64,000 nucleotides of DNA, taken from positions 1 through 64,000 of the forward strand of contig CAXBMO010000009.1 of the NCBI GenBank assembly GCA_963977015.1, in the 5' to 3' direction. Positions within the stretch are counted from its first letter, which is position 1. Every line of letters starts with the position of its first letter. Below the pieces are notes generated by a model. It made no database searches and was not told the DNA's origin. It worked only from the letters and a program-made list of their open reading frames with translations. Source of the DNA: an uncultured bacterium (GTDB lineage Bacteria; Verrucomicrobiota; Verrucomicrobiia; Verrucomicrobiales; DEV007). The position numbers were made by a program, and so were the translations under genes. Of this stretch, positions 41,155 through 50,748 are shown one piece after another.

Positions 41155-42525
41155 TTATTTAAAATAACGCTCCAAAACCGCCCGCTCGCTTGGCAACAAA
41201 TTCGAGTCCCAGACGGTTTCCCCACCCTGCCCCACGGAATTCACCGGACCTCCCTGAGTCGGACCGACGGGAGATTCGTCGATGTCATGCTCCGCCGTTC
41301 CCTCTGCGATCACTTCGCCCGGAGCGGCCCGCGATACATCCAGGTTTTGGACTTCTTCCGGCTTGTTGGTGCTGAGATTGGACTCTTCATCATTGTGGAA
41401 CATGGGGGCATCTCCTTTTCCCCGCGTAATTCCCCCTTGGCCCGGTTTCATTCCTTCTCTCCAGCCTTCGCCAAAGAGCAGCTTCATCAATTCATCCTCA
41501 TCTTCCATTTTGCTCCCCCATCCAGCGCCCTGTCCCTGGCCTTCCCCCTGCCCTTCGCCTTCACCCATCATCTCGCGAAGGGCTTGGGCATTCTGTTGCA
41601 TCGCCTTCCGCAATTGCTCCATCTGCTCGGCGGTCATTTGCTGCATTTGTGCCGGATCAATTTTCTTCAGCGCATCCATCATCTCTGAATTGGCGGGCAA
41701 GTTCCCAAATTCCATTCCTTTCAGCGCGTTGCTGAACTCCTGCATGAGCTGATCCTTGGCCGACTCGCTCATGGCATCGGAATATTTCTCCAATGCCCCC
41801 AGGCTCCGCTCCGCCGTCGAAAGGTTCTTCTCCATGTCGTTGATGGATCGCTGCAGACTTTCGCGAAGAGAGTCCGTCGCCTCCAGACTGCTGTGACTGA
41901 ACCACTCATCCTCCGGCCGGTCTCGTAAGGCTCCGATTTGCTCGAGGATCTCATCAACCTTCTCTTCCTCTGCGACTTCTTCCTCCTTCAACTCTTCCAA
42001 CCATTCCTCCATTTCTTCCCAAGCAATCGGCTCGTTCGGCGATTTTGCCTTCGCTTCGATGGGCTCAACCGGAATCAGAAATGCGGCAGCCACCAAGGTG
42101 ATGGCGAGAGCCGGCGGAATGACAAGTCGGCTCCAATTCCAGGCGAAGCCATCGGTCAGGCTCGGCTTCATAGGCGGGTCAGGCCATGGCGCAATCTCGG
42201 CGTCGGCCGCGGAAAGCGCGTTGTGCAGCTTCATCTCGCTTTCCAATCTGACGGCGGCCTCTTTGGTGGTGATGAATCGTCGGCGCGCAACAAACCAGGC
42301 AATGATCGGCAAACCGAGCAGAACCCCGATCGCGATGTAGGCAGCAATCTCCTTGTTCTCCTCAAACCAGATCTGCGTCCGGAAATAAAGGAGCCAACTC
42401 GCAGCAAGAACGCCAAAGCCGATACTGATCGGCCCGAGTATTTCGAGCCACCAACCCACATTCACCTTGCGCCGGGTTTTCGAAATTGCGCTGCGCCACT
42501 CTCGTGCTCGTTGCTGCTGCGTCAT
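41155..42525 (-). CDS. membrane-anchored coiled-coil hypothetical protein
   Basis: Three N-terminal TM, E/Q/M-rich coils, Gly-rich linker, C-terminal LLPSERAVLERYFK. Confidence 0.85.
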   Translation of the reverse strand: MTQQQRAREWRSAISKTRRKVNVGWWLEILGPISIGFGVLAASWLLYFRTQIWFEENKEIAAYIAIGVLLGLPIIAWFVARRRFITTKEAAVRLESEMKLHNALSAADAEIAPWPDPPMKPSLTDGFAWNWSRLVIPPALAITLVAAAFLIPVEPIEAKAKSPNEPIAWEEMEEWLEELKEEEVAEEEKVDEILEQIGALRDRPEDEWFSHSSLEATDSLRESLQRSINDMEKNLSTAERSLGALEKYSDAMSESAKDQLMQEFSNALKGMEFGNLPANSEMMDALKKIDPAQMQQMTAEQMEQLRKAMQQNAQALREMMGEGEGQGEGQGQGAGWGSKMEDEDELMKLLFGEGWREGMKPGQGGITRGKGDAPMFHNDEESNLSTNKPEEVQNLDVSRAAPGEVIAEGTAEHDIDESPVGPTQGGPVNSVGQGGETVWDSNLLPSERAVLERYFK

Positions 42526-42537
42526 CGTAAACTCAGA

Positions 42538-42921
42538 CTAACGGACTTCTGATTCCGTTGCAATCGAACGCTTGGATGAATCAAGCGGGACAGGAATTGC
42601 CTCACAGGAATCCCGCCAGCCAGGAAAATTCCATTCGTTTGGAAAACCGCGGCACTGAGCCGGTTTGGCGGAATTGACGGTGCAATCGATTCCGTCCAGA
42701 AAGACGCACTCGCCATTCTCTTTTTCCGTCAACGTCAGCCCGGTCCGGTTTTCGCGAAGAGCCGTGTATTCCGCAACAAAATCGTAGAGCGACACGTTCT
42801 TAAACTTCGCCAATGCTTCCAAGTCTTCCTCAGTCAAAACCACCTCCCCAGGCCAGCGGCAACAATTCCCGCAGCGCTGGCATTGGTAAAACACATCTCT
42901 GGATTCCGAAGAGGCTGGCAT
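42538..42921 (-). CDS. YkgJ-family (CxxCxxCC) cysteine-cluster protein
   Basis: CQRCGNCC, CVFL, CTV...KPAQCRGFP; start moved to ATG 42921. Confidence 0.88.
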   Translation of the reverse strand: MPASSESRDVFYQCQRCGNCCRWPGEVVLTEEDLEALAKFKNVSLYDFVAEYTALRENRTGLTLTEKENGECVFLDGIDCTVNSAKPAQCRGFPNEWNFPGWRDSCEAIPVPLDSSKRSIATESEVR

Positions 42922-43246
42922 GGAGGAACTAAACCGCGTTGAGCATTTCGCGCAAGCAACCGGAACCATGGCAATTTTCAATTTCCTCCAGAGAAAAGCC
43001 AAAAAAACATGGAAATTCAGAACGATCTACGTCAGAAAAGGAACAGACTTCAGTCAAAGGTAAAATGATTTGACAATAATGACCTTTTCCTTGAGTTAAT
43101 TGCCTCTGCAGGCGCCCGGTTTGGTGCCTGTGGAACCCTTCGCCGAAGAGGCCAGAATGCCTCCAAGAAACACACCCACATGGTTGCCCAGGTTACTGAT
43201 ATTTGGCGATCCAACGATTTGCCCAGGCTTTAAGCTTCATCACTAG

Positions 43247-44275
43247 ATGTTTGGAAAACTATTCGGAGTATTTTCGAACGACATCGGGATCGATCTCGGA
43301 ACCGCCAATACCTTGGTCAACGTCAAGGACCACGGCATTGTTCTACGGGAACCCTCTGTTGTCGCAGTTCAAGCAGGAACCAACAAGGTCCTTGCTGTCG
43401 GAGACGATGCAAAACGCATGCTCGGACGGACCCCCGGTAATATTGTCGCAATCCGGCCATTGAAAGATGGGGTGATTGCCGACTTCGAGGTGACCGAAGC
43501 CATGCTTCGCCACTTCATCCGCAAGGTCCACTCCCGAAAAGGCTTTGTCCGGCCTCGAGTCGTCATCGCTGTTCCTTCCGGAATTACCGAAGTCGAGAAG
43601 CGAGCGGTTCGGGAATCTGCCCAAAACGCAGGTGCTCGGGAAGTGTTCCTGATCGAAGAGCCCATGGCAGCGGCGATCGGAGTTGGCCTCCCGGTGCAGG
43701 ACGCATCCGGCAACATGATCGTGGACATTGGTGGGGGAACCACTGAAGTGGCTCTGATTTCCCTTTCCGGTATCGTTTACAGCAGAAGCGTCCGAGTCGC
43801 GGGTGATGAATTGGACGAAGCGATCGTCCAGTATCTGAAGCGAGCCTACAATCTGATGGTCGGCGAACGAACGGCTGAAGAGATCAAGATCCGGATTGGA
43901 TCGGCTTACCCTCAAGGCAAAGAGGCTTCAATGGAAGTGAAAGGTCGCGACTTGGTCGCCGGTCTGCCCAAGACGATCAAGATCACGTCCCAAGAAGTTC
44001 GCGAGGCGATGCTCGATCCCCTCAATACGATTATTGACTCCGTTCGCGTCACACTGGAACGCTGTCCTCCGGAACTTTCTGCGGATTTGGTCGATCGAGG
44101 ACTCGTTTTGGCCGGTGGTGGCGCCCTGCTTCGCGGGCTCGACAAACTCCTTACGGAAGAGACTGGCCTGCCAGTACACGTGGCTGAAGATCCCCTGAGT
44201 GCTGTAGCTGAAGGTGCAGGCAAAGTCCTCAACGAACTGTCCTTCCTCAAAAAAGTGGCCAATCTCGACGGGTGA
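43247..44275 (+). CDS. mreB: rod shape-determining actin MreB
   Basis: [43 protein letters not shown]. Confidence 0.98.
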   Translation: MFGKLFGVFSNDIGIDLGTANTLVNVKDHGIVLREPSVVAVQAGTNKVLAVGDDAKRMLGRTPGNIVAIRPLKDGVIADFEVTEAMLRHFIRKVHSRKGFVRPRVVIAVPSGITEVEKRAVRESAQNAGAREVFLIEEPMAAAIGVGLPVQDASGNMIVDIGGGTTEVALISLSGIVYSRSVRVAGDELDEAIVQYLKRAYNLMVGERTAEEIKIRIGSAYPQGKEASMEVKGRDLVAGLPKTIKITSQEVREAMLDPLNTIIDSVRVTLERCPPELSADLVDRGLVLAGGGALLRGLDKLLTEETGLPVHVAEDPLSAVAEGAGKVLNELSFLKKVANLDG

Positions 44276-44348
44276 TTTTCACCTTTTCAAATACGACCTC
44301 TTTTCAAGTTGGCTGCGCTAAGCTAAATTCATCCCGAATCTACAACCA

Positions 44349-45218
44349 ATGAGTCGGGTCAACATCATAGCCCTTGCCGTTTTGGTGGCGATTGTTGTCT
44401 GGGTGCTCACCTGGGGTGATAATGCAATCCAAGGATGGCAGCGGGGAGCGCTTTCAGCGGCGACACCTTTGATCAAAACCCGACACAACGTCGAGGCACA
44501 GACTCAAAAATTTTCCCAAGCTCAAACGCCGAGGAAAGAGCTCGAAGATCAGATTCAGCGGCTCACCGAAGAAGTGAAGCAACTCCGGATCGAAAACGAC
44601 GCGGTTGAACGACTCTACGAGGAGAACGCCCGCCTTCGCCAAATGCTGGCACTGAAGAAGATGCCGAGTTTTGAGTTGGTCGCTGCCGAAGTCATCGGGC
44701 GGGAGACGGCAACTTGGTATCATACCATTGTGATTGATAAGGGGACCGAACACGGCCTGAAGGAAAACGACCCCATCATTATCGACAGCGGTTTGGTCGG
44801 GAAGGTCGCGCTCGCTTCCGAGAAGACGTCAACGGTTCTCCTGTTGACCGATGAGGCGTGTAAGGTAACGGCCCGGGTCATGGGAACTGATCAGCGCGGA
44901 ATCATGCACGGTCAGGGAAATCGCAGTTTGGGCGACAATCGAGAAGTGATGATGGGACAGGGAACCGTGAGCGGAGAACGCGGAGGCATCAACAATCAGC
45001 CAACTCTGCGCCTTCGCTACCTGGACAAGACGTCGCCGATTACTCCCGGAATGGATGTGATCAGCTCCGGGCAAGGACTCGTGTTCCCGCCCAACCTGGC
45101 CCTCGGCAAGGTCAAATCCGTTCACCCGGGTGACATCACCACCGAAGCGGAAATTGAGCCCAGCGTCGATTTTTCAAACTTGGACTTCGTGTTCGCCATC
45201 ATCGGAACCAAGAAATGA
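44349..45218 (+). CDS. mreC: rod shape-determining protein MreC
   Basis: TM, coiled coil ENARLRQML, IDKG...G, GLVGKV, SSG.G.VFP. Confidence 0.93.
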   Translation: MSRVNIIALAVLVAIVVWVLTWGDNAIQGWQRGALSAATPLIKTRHNVEAQTQKFSQAQTPRKELEDQIQRLTEEVKQLRIENDAVERLYEENARLRQMLALKKMPSFELVAAEVIGRETATWYHTIVIDKGTEHGLKENDPIIIDSGLVGKVALASEKTSTVLLLTDEACKVTARVMGTDQRGIMHGQGNRSLGDNREVMMGQGTVSGERGGINNQPTLRLRYLDKTSPITPGMDVISSGQGLVFPPNLALGKVKSVHPGDITTEAEIEPSVDFSNLDFVFAIIGTKK

Positions 45219-45781
45219 TCTTTTCGGCGCTCATGTTCGTCTTTCTGATCCTGGCGATGATGATCCAGGAGTTTCTCCCCGTCTTGGGCTTGGGCGGCAT
45301 CAAGATTCTGATTCTGATGCCCTGGTCTTTCTTTTACGTCATCGCACTCACGGTCCCCTACCCCGTAATGCTGTTTTTTGCCCTCGCCACGGGTTTGATG
45401 TGGGACGCCCGGCATGGCCTGCCCCTTGAGTCACCACTCCCGTTCGGCACGAGAGTCATCTTGTTCGCGCTGATGGGCTCATTCATGCAGGGAATCCGCC
45501 CCTTGTTTCAACGTGGGCATTGGTTCCTCCCAATCATTATGGTTGGGCTGGCCGTCCTCTTTCAGCGCATCAGCGAATTTCTTCTCATTAGTTTTGCCGC
45601 CGGTGAATTCCAGTTTTCCGCCGAAATCTGGATGACGATGATCGCAACTTCGCTGGCCGCCATGTTGATGGCACCTTTTTTGTTAATTATCATCAGCCGG
45701 GTTGCCAAACGGTGCGGTTACCAGCTAGAATTCGAACAGTTCATGTTCAGAAGAGCCTACAGCCATGGTCACCAGATTTAA
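45215..45781 (+). CDS. mreD: MreD-like membrane protein
   Basis: Five TM, GLMWD motif, ATGA-coupled to mreC. Confidence 0.75.
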   Translation: MIFSALMFVFLILAMMIQEFLPVLGLGGIKILILMPWSFFYVIALTVPYPVMLFFALATGLMWDARHGLPLESPLPFGTRVILFALMGSFMQGIRPLFQRGHWFLPIIMVGLAVLFQRISEFLLISFAAGEFQFSAEIWMTMIATSLAAMLMAPFLLIIISRVAKRCGYQLEFEQFMFRRAYSHGHQI

Positions 45782-48170
45782 GCTCCGAATCTATCTGCTC
45801 GCGATTCTGGTCGTGACCGGAATGGGTATTCTGGTTCACCGGCTCTACAGCGTTCAGATCGTTCAGCATGAAGAATGGGTGAGCCAGCTTCCCGGAGAAA
45901 AGGAAGTCACGGTCCGGGTTCCCGGTGTACGTGGTGAAATCCTCGATCGCAATGGAGAAGTCCTAGCCACCAATGAGGCCAGTTACGAGGTGATCTTCGA
46001 TCTCAAATCGATCATCGATAACTACAAGGACAACTTTGAGAATGTTCCGATGACGTTCTTCGACGCGAAAGTATCGGGAATGCAGCGGGAAAAACGGGAA
46101 GCGGATATTCTTCACATTGTTGAGGAAACCGTGCTGCCCAAGATGATGCAGATTGGGTTGGCCACGGATTTCAACTCGCGGCAGCTACAAATTCACTACC
46201 GAAGCACCAGCGGTATTGTTCCCTACACCTATCGCCGGGATTTGACGTTCGAAGACTTTGCCATGTTTGCCGAAAACGACTTTGACGTCCCCGGCGTCGA
46301 TGTCGCCGTCAAACCCAGCCGAATTTATCTCTATGACTCCCTGGCATGCCATCTCCTGGGCTACGTCAATCTCCCAGACATCCAAACAGTCCCAAAAGAT
46401 AAGAGGCTTGAGTTCGATCATTACGTTCCCGATGACTACGGCGGGGCCGGGATCGAAAAAAGCATGGACGAGTACCTTCAGGGCAAGCCTGGCAAGCGGG
46501 TGCTGCGTCGCGATGAGAAGGGAATCATCCGCAACGAAATATCCTACGAATCGCCGAAACAGGGCGCCAACGTTTACCTGACGATTGACGCAAAGATTCA
46601 ATACATTGCGGAACAGGCGATGCGGAACATCCTGCCAAAAGAAGATGGCACTTCCGGCCGTGGCGCCGTCGTGGTTATGGATCCCCGAAATGGCGACATT
46701 TTGGCCATGGTCTCGGTCCCTTCCTACAATCCAAACAATTTTGTGCCTTCGGTTTCTCCTGATGACTGGAAGCGATACTCCACCGATCGCTCTGCTCCGA
46801 TGTATAATCGTGCGCTAAGCCAACATGCGCCTGGCTCCACCTTCAAAATTCCGATCGCGCTTGCCGGATGTTTGTCAGACTCCCATCGCCGCAATTTTTA
46901 CTGTGGAGGCGGGGTCCAATACGGCGCAAAATTCATGAAGTGCTGGATTTTGAGCAAGGGCGGAAGACATGGCTCCATCAATCTCAGCGACGCGATCAAG
47001 AAGTCCTGCAATTGCTACTTCTACCAATACGGCAATCACACCGGCATCAATAACATTGTCGAGGTCACCAGCAAAATGGGGCTGGGTCGTAAAACCGGTA
47101 TCCCATTGGATGGGGAAGCCCCGGGACTCGTCCCGAGTCCAAACTGGCTGAAGCTCCAGGGTCAACTTTGGAGCGACGCCTTCACCGCAATGACCTCCAT
47201 CGGTCAGGGGTTCGCGGAAGCGACACCATTGCAGATGGCAGCCGCCACCTGCACGGTCGCCAACGGTGGCAAAGTCTATCAACCTCGCCTGATTAAGAAA
47301 ATCGTCGACAAGGATGGCCCGGAGCGCCGCAAGTTGGTTGAGAAGGTTCGCGCAGGTCAAAGTATGGACGACGTAGCTCAAGAGACAGGAGCATTACGCA
47401 GCGAAGTCGAAACTTGGGTCAAGCGAGCCGAAGGCAAGGACCTGGATGAGGTTGCCTGGAATGAACTCGTGCCCGATGAACCCCAACTGAAATATGACCT
47501 TTCCGAGGAAGGGCTGACCAAGGACGAACTGGAACTGGTCAAGCGTGGCATGTATAAGGTCGTCAATGAAGCTGGCGGAACCGCAAGGCGGGCCAAATCA
47601 GAGGACTTTATCGTTTCCGGAAAAACGGGAACGGCACAAAGTGGGAAGCCGTCTGAGCCCACCAATGCCTGGTTTATTTCTTTTGCACCCTACGAAGAGC
47701 CCGAATTGGCCGTTTGTGTCTTTGTACACAACGGTGATTCAGGTGGTAGGTGCGGCGCTCCCATTGCGGGGCGAATCTTAAAGGAAACGATGGCGATGAA
47801 ATTGGGCAAACGCGATATTGCTCTCGCACCTCTGAAAGAGGCAACGGGGCATTTCGAGCGCGTCCTACTCGTCGACTTCGACAATACGGGTCTTGATAAT
47901 TTCATGGACGGCGATGACGCCGACGGATTGGTAGAACTCCCCGAAGGAATGACTCCTTCTTCTGACGGTTCTTCCAGTTCTTCACGATCAACTTATCATT
48001 CACCATCGATCACCCAAACGGCCGATCAACGGGGATCCGTAGCCCAAAAACAAAAAGTCTATCAAGCCAAGAAAGTGGACAAATGGAAAGATGTCCGCCA
48101 ACCAGTTCCTGCACAGCGTCCCAAGGGAGTCTTGAACAAATTGTTCGGAGGGAAGAAGAAAAACCGATGA
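45765..48170 (+). CDS. mrdA: penicillin-binding protein 2 (class B transpeptidase)
   Basis: RGEILDRNG, HLLGY, PGSTFK (SxxK), SCN (SxN), KTGTAQ; insertion and long C-tail. Confidence 0.93.
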   Translation: MVTRFKLRIYLLAILVVTGMGILVHRLYSVQIVQHEEWVSQLPGEKEVTVRVPGVRGEILDRNGEVLATNEASYEVIFDLKSIIDNYKDNFENVPMTFFDAKVSGMQREKREADILHIVEETVLPKMMQIGLATDFNSRQLQIHYRSTSGIVPYTYRRDLTFEDFAMFAENDFDVPGVDVAVKPSRIYLYDSLACHLLGYVNLPDIQTVPKDKRLEFDHYVPDDYGGAGIEKSMDEYLQGKPGKRVLRRDEKGIIRNEISYESPKQGANVYLTIDAKIQYIAEQAMRNILPKEDGTSGRGAVVVMDPRNGDILAMVSVPSYNPNNFVPSVSPDDWKRYSTDRSAPMYNRALSQHAPGSTFKIPIALAGCLSDSHRRNFYCGGGVQYGAKFMKCWILSKGGRHGSINLSDAIKKSCNCYFYQYGNHTGINNIVEVTSKMGLGRKTGIPLDGEAPGLVPSPNWLKLQGQLWSDAFTAMTSIGQGFAEATPLQMAAATCTVANGGKVYQPRLIKKIVDKDGPERRKLVEKVRAGQSMDDVAQETGALRSEVETWVKRAEGKDLDEVAWNELVPDEPQLKYDLSEEGLTKDELELVKRGMYKVVNEAGGTARRAKSEDFIVSGKTGTAQSGKPSEPTNAWFISFAPYEEPELAVCVFVHNGDSGGRCGAPIAGRILKETMAMKLGKRDIALAPLKEATGHFERVLLVDFDNTGLDNFMDGDDADGLVELPEGMTPSSDGSSSSSRSTYHSPSITQTADQRGSVAQKQKVYQAKKVDKWKDVRQPVPAQRPKGVLNKLFGGKKKNR

Positions 48171-48290
48171 ATCATCAATTCTTCTCTCGCCCCCCTGTCG
48201 TCCCCGAAGTCCTTCTCTTGATGAAGTTTCGCGATGTTGTTTCAAGGAACGGAATTGGTTTGAACCCTTGTGAATCTTTGAACCAACCGA

Positions 48291-49877
48291 ATGTTGAAAC
48301 GAATCAGAAAACTCTTTGGAGGTAAGCGACTTAATGAAGGAACGAGAATCGTCATTAACTGTGAAAAGCTTGAGAACCGGGTAGCCCTTCTCGAACATGG
48401 CTCCGTTGAAGAATACGGAGTCGAACGCGCCAACGAGGAGAATATCGTTGGCTCGATTTTTAAAGGCAAAATCAAGAACATTGAACCCGGCCTGAAGGCC
48501 ATGTTCGTGGATATTGGTTTGGAAAAAAACGCATTCCTCCACTTCTGGGATGCCATTCCGCAAGCGCTCGAAGATCTACAGAACGAACACGACGAGACGC
48601 TGGAAGAAGTCCGCAAGCCGAAGAAAAAGCAGCAAAAGCGAATCTCGGCGAAGGACATTCCATCTCTCTATCCGATCGGGTCTGAAGTGATGGTTCAGGT
48701 GAGCAAGGGACCGATTGGCAGTAAGGGGCCTCGAATCACCACCAACATTTCGCTTCCCGGCCGATTCATGGTGTTGATGCCACGAAACGATCAGTTTGGT
48801 ATTTCGCGCCGAATTGATGATCCCAAAGAACGCGCCCGCCTTCGCAAGATCATGGAGCGCCTTGAGCTTCCCGATCACATGGGCATCATCCTGCGGACCG
48901 TTTGCCAAGGCCAACGGCTGCGCTATTTCATCCGCGACCTCAGCATTCTTCTGGAGCAATGGGAGAAGATTGAAGACGAGTATGACGACAATCCGGCGCC
49001 CCACTGCGTGTTCCGCGAACCCGATGTGATTGAGCGAACCGTTCGCGACTTTCTGACCGAGGACGTTGAGGAAGTGATCATCGACGACCCGGAGATGGCG
49101 GAACGCATGAAGGACCTCGTCGGGCAGATTTCCCGTCGTTCCCGCAACCGAATCAGTCTCTACAATTCGCCGGAGCCGATCTTCGAAAAGTTCGGAATCC
49201 AGCGCCAGATTGACGACGCCTTTTACCGCCAGGTCTGGCTGCCCTGTGGCGGCTATCTGGTGATCGACGAAACGGAAGCATTGATCACGGTCGACGTGAA
49301 CACCGGCCGGAACAAGGGCACGGGTGACAGGATGATTCTGGAAACAAACCTGGAGGCAGCGGAAGAAGTCGCTCGTCAATTGCGCTTGCGGAACATCGGC
49401 GGATTGATCGTGGTCGACTTCATCGACATGCGCAGCCGCAAAGATCAACAGCAGGTTTACAAAGTGGTGAAGGAACGCCTTCGGCTCGACAAGGCCAAGA
49501 CCCAGGCCCTTCCCATTTCCCAGCTTGGTCTTCTCGAGATGACTCGTCAGCGTCTCAATGAAAGCCTCAGCGTCACCACAAGCGAGCAGTGCTCCTACTG
49601 CTCAGGGAAAGGCGTGGTCATGTCCACCATGACCATGAGTGTTGAAATCCAACGGAAAATCAACGCGCTGATGTATCGCAAAAAAGGCGGCGTCAACAAT
49701 CTCCTCATCGTGGTTCATCCGGAAGTTCTGCAACGGCTCAAATCTGAGGATACCGAGCACATTGTCGATCTGGAACGCCGCCATCAGGCCCGGTTTACGT
49801 TCCGGAGTGATCCTTCCTACCATCGCGAGCAAATCATGATCGCGGATGCAGATACGGGTGAAGAGTTTCGGATCTAG
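48291..49877 (+). CDS. rng: RNase E/G family endoribonuclease (RNase G length)
   Basis: S1 domain GSIFKG...AMFVDIG, DVNTG, ARQLRLRNIGGLIVVDFIDM, LEMTRQR, CSYC Zn-link. Confidence 0.93.
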   Translation: MLKRIRKLFGGKRLNEGTRIVINCEKLENRVALLEHGSVEEYGVERANEENIVGSIFKGKIKNIEPGLKAMFVDIGLEKNAFLHFWDAIPQALEDLQNEHDETLEEVRKPKKKQQKRISAKDIPSLYPIGSEVMVQVSKGPIGSKGPRITTNISLPGRFMVLMPRNDQFGISRRIDDPKERARLRKIMERLELPDHMGIILRTVCQGQRLRYFIRDLSILLEQWEKIEDEYDDNPAPHCVFREPDVIERTVRDFLTEDVEEVIIDDPEMAERMKDLVGQISRRSRNRISLYNSPEPIFEKFGIQRQIDDAFYRQVWLPCGGYLVIDETEALITVDVNTGRNKGTGDRMILETNLEAAEEVARQLRLRNIGGLIVVDFIDMRSRKDQQQVYKVVKERLRLDKAKTQALPISQLGLLEMTRQRLNESLSVTTSEQCSYCSGKGVVMSTMTMSVEIQRKINALMYRKKGGVNNLLIVVHPEVLQRLKSEDTEHIVDLERRHQARFTFRSDPSYHREQIMIADADTGEEFRI

Positions 49878-49900
49878 GATTCCGCACCGCCGAATCACGA

Positions 49901-50623
49901 ATGCAAGCCGATCAAATTCTCGCGGCCACTGATCAACTTTGCCAACGCCTCAAGAAATTGAGGGTTGGCGAGCCGGTCACCCATGTCTACAACCCGCTGG
50001 AATATGCGCGGGCGCCGCACGAAGCCTACCTCCGCCAATACGGAAATTCTTCCAAGAAGGTTCTGATGTTAGGGATGAATCCAGGTCCCTGGGGAATGGC
50101 CCAAACCGGGGTGCCGTTTGGAGAGATTCCCGCCGTGAGGGATTGGCTCGGAATTCACGAAACGGTCAAGAAACCTCGTGTCGAAAACCCAAAACGCCCG
50201 ATTGAAGGATTCGACTGCACGCGGTCGGAAGTCAGCGGCCGGCGATTGTGGGGGCTCTTCGCCGAACGATTCGAGTCAGCCGACGCCTTCTTTCAGGACC
50301 ACTTCGTCTTGAACTATTGCCCGCTCGTCTTCATGGCGGAAACCGGTCGCAACATCACACCTGACAAGTTATCCGCGAAGGAAACCGCCGCCATCCAGCA
50401 GGCTTGCGACGAATATTTGGCCGTCTGCTTTTCGGTTTTGGCGCCCGAGTGGCTCATTGGTGTGGGAGCCTATGCGGAGACCGCGCTGAAGCGTGTGGCC
50501 GAGACAGCCGGCTACTCGGCCAAGTTGGGCAGAGTTCTCCATCCGAGCCCCGCCAGCCCCGCCGCGAATCGCGGATGGAGCGAAGCCGCGACGAAGCAAC
50601 TCGAAGCCTTGGGAGTGTGGTAG
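49901..50623 (+). CDS. SMUG1-like (family 3) uracil-DNA glycosylase
   Basis: YNPLEYA, GMNPGPWGMAQTGVPFG, SEVSGRRLW, NYCPL, HPSP. Confidence 0.92.
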   Translation: MQADQILAATDQLCQRLKKLRVGEPVTHVYNPLEYARAPHEAYLRQYGNSSKKVLMLGMNPGPWGMAQTGVPFGEIPAVRDWLGIHETVKKPRVENPKRPIEGFDCTRSEVSGRRLWGLFAERFESADAFFQDHFVLNYCPLVFMAETGRNITPDKLSAKETAAIQQACDEYLAVCFSVLAPEWLIGVGAYAETALKRVAETAGYSAKLGRVLHPSPASPAANRGWSEAATKQLEALGVW

Positions 50624-50748
50624 AATTCGATCCAGAAATTGTAACTGCGGGATTCGGTCAAATCTGGCCGATTCAGGTTCTGAAGCTTGTGTTCCAAGCA
50701 CGAGACTGCTAACTAATCTATCGAGTAAACGAACCCGACCAGCCTACA

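Noticed and set aside
47319-47459. Active IS element or intein in mrdA
   Set aside because: No terminal inverted repeats, target duplication, DDE domain or intein C/S...HN ends; insertion is short and in frame
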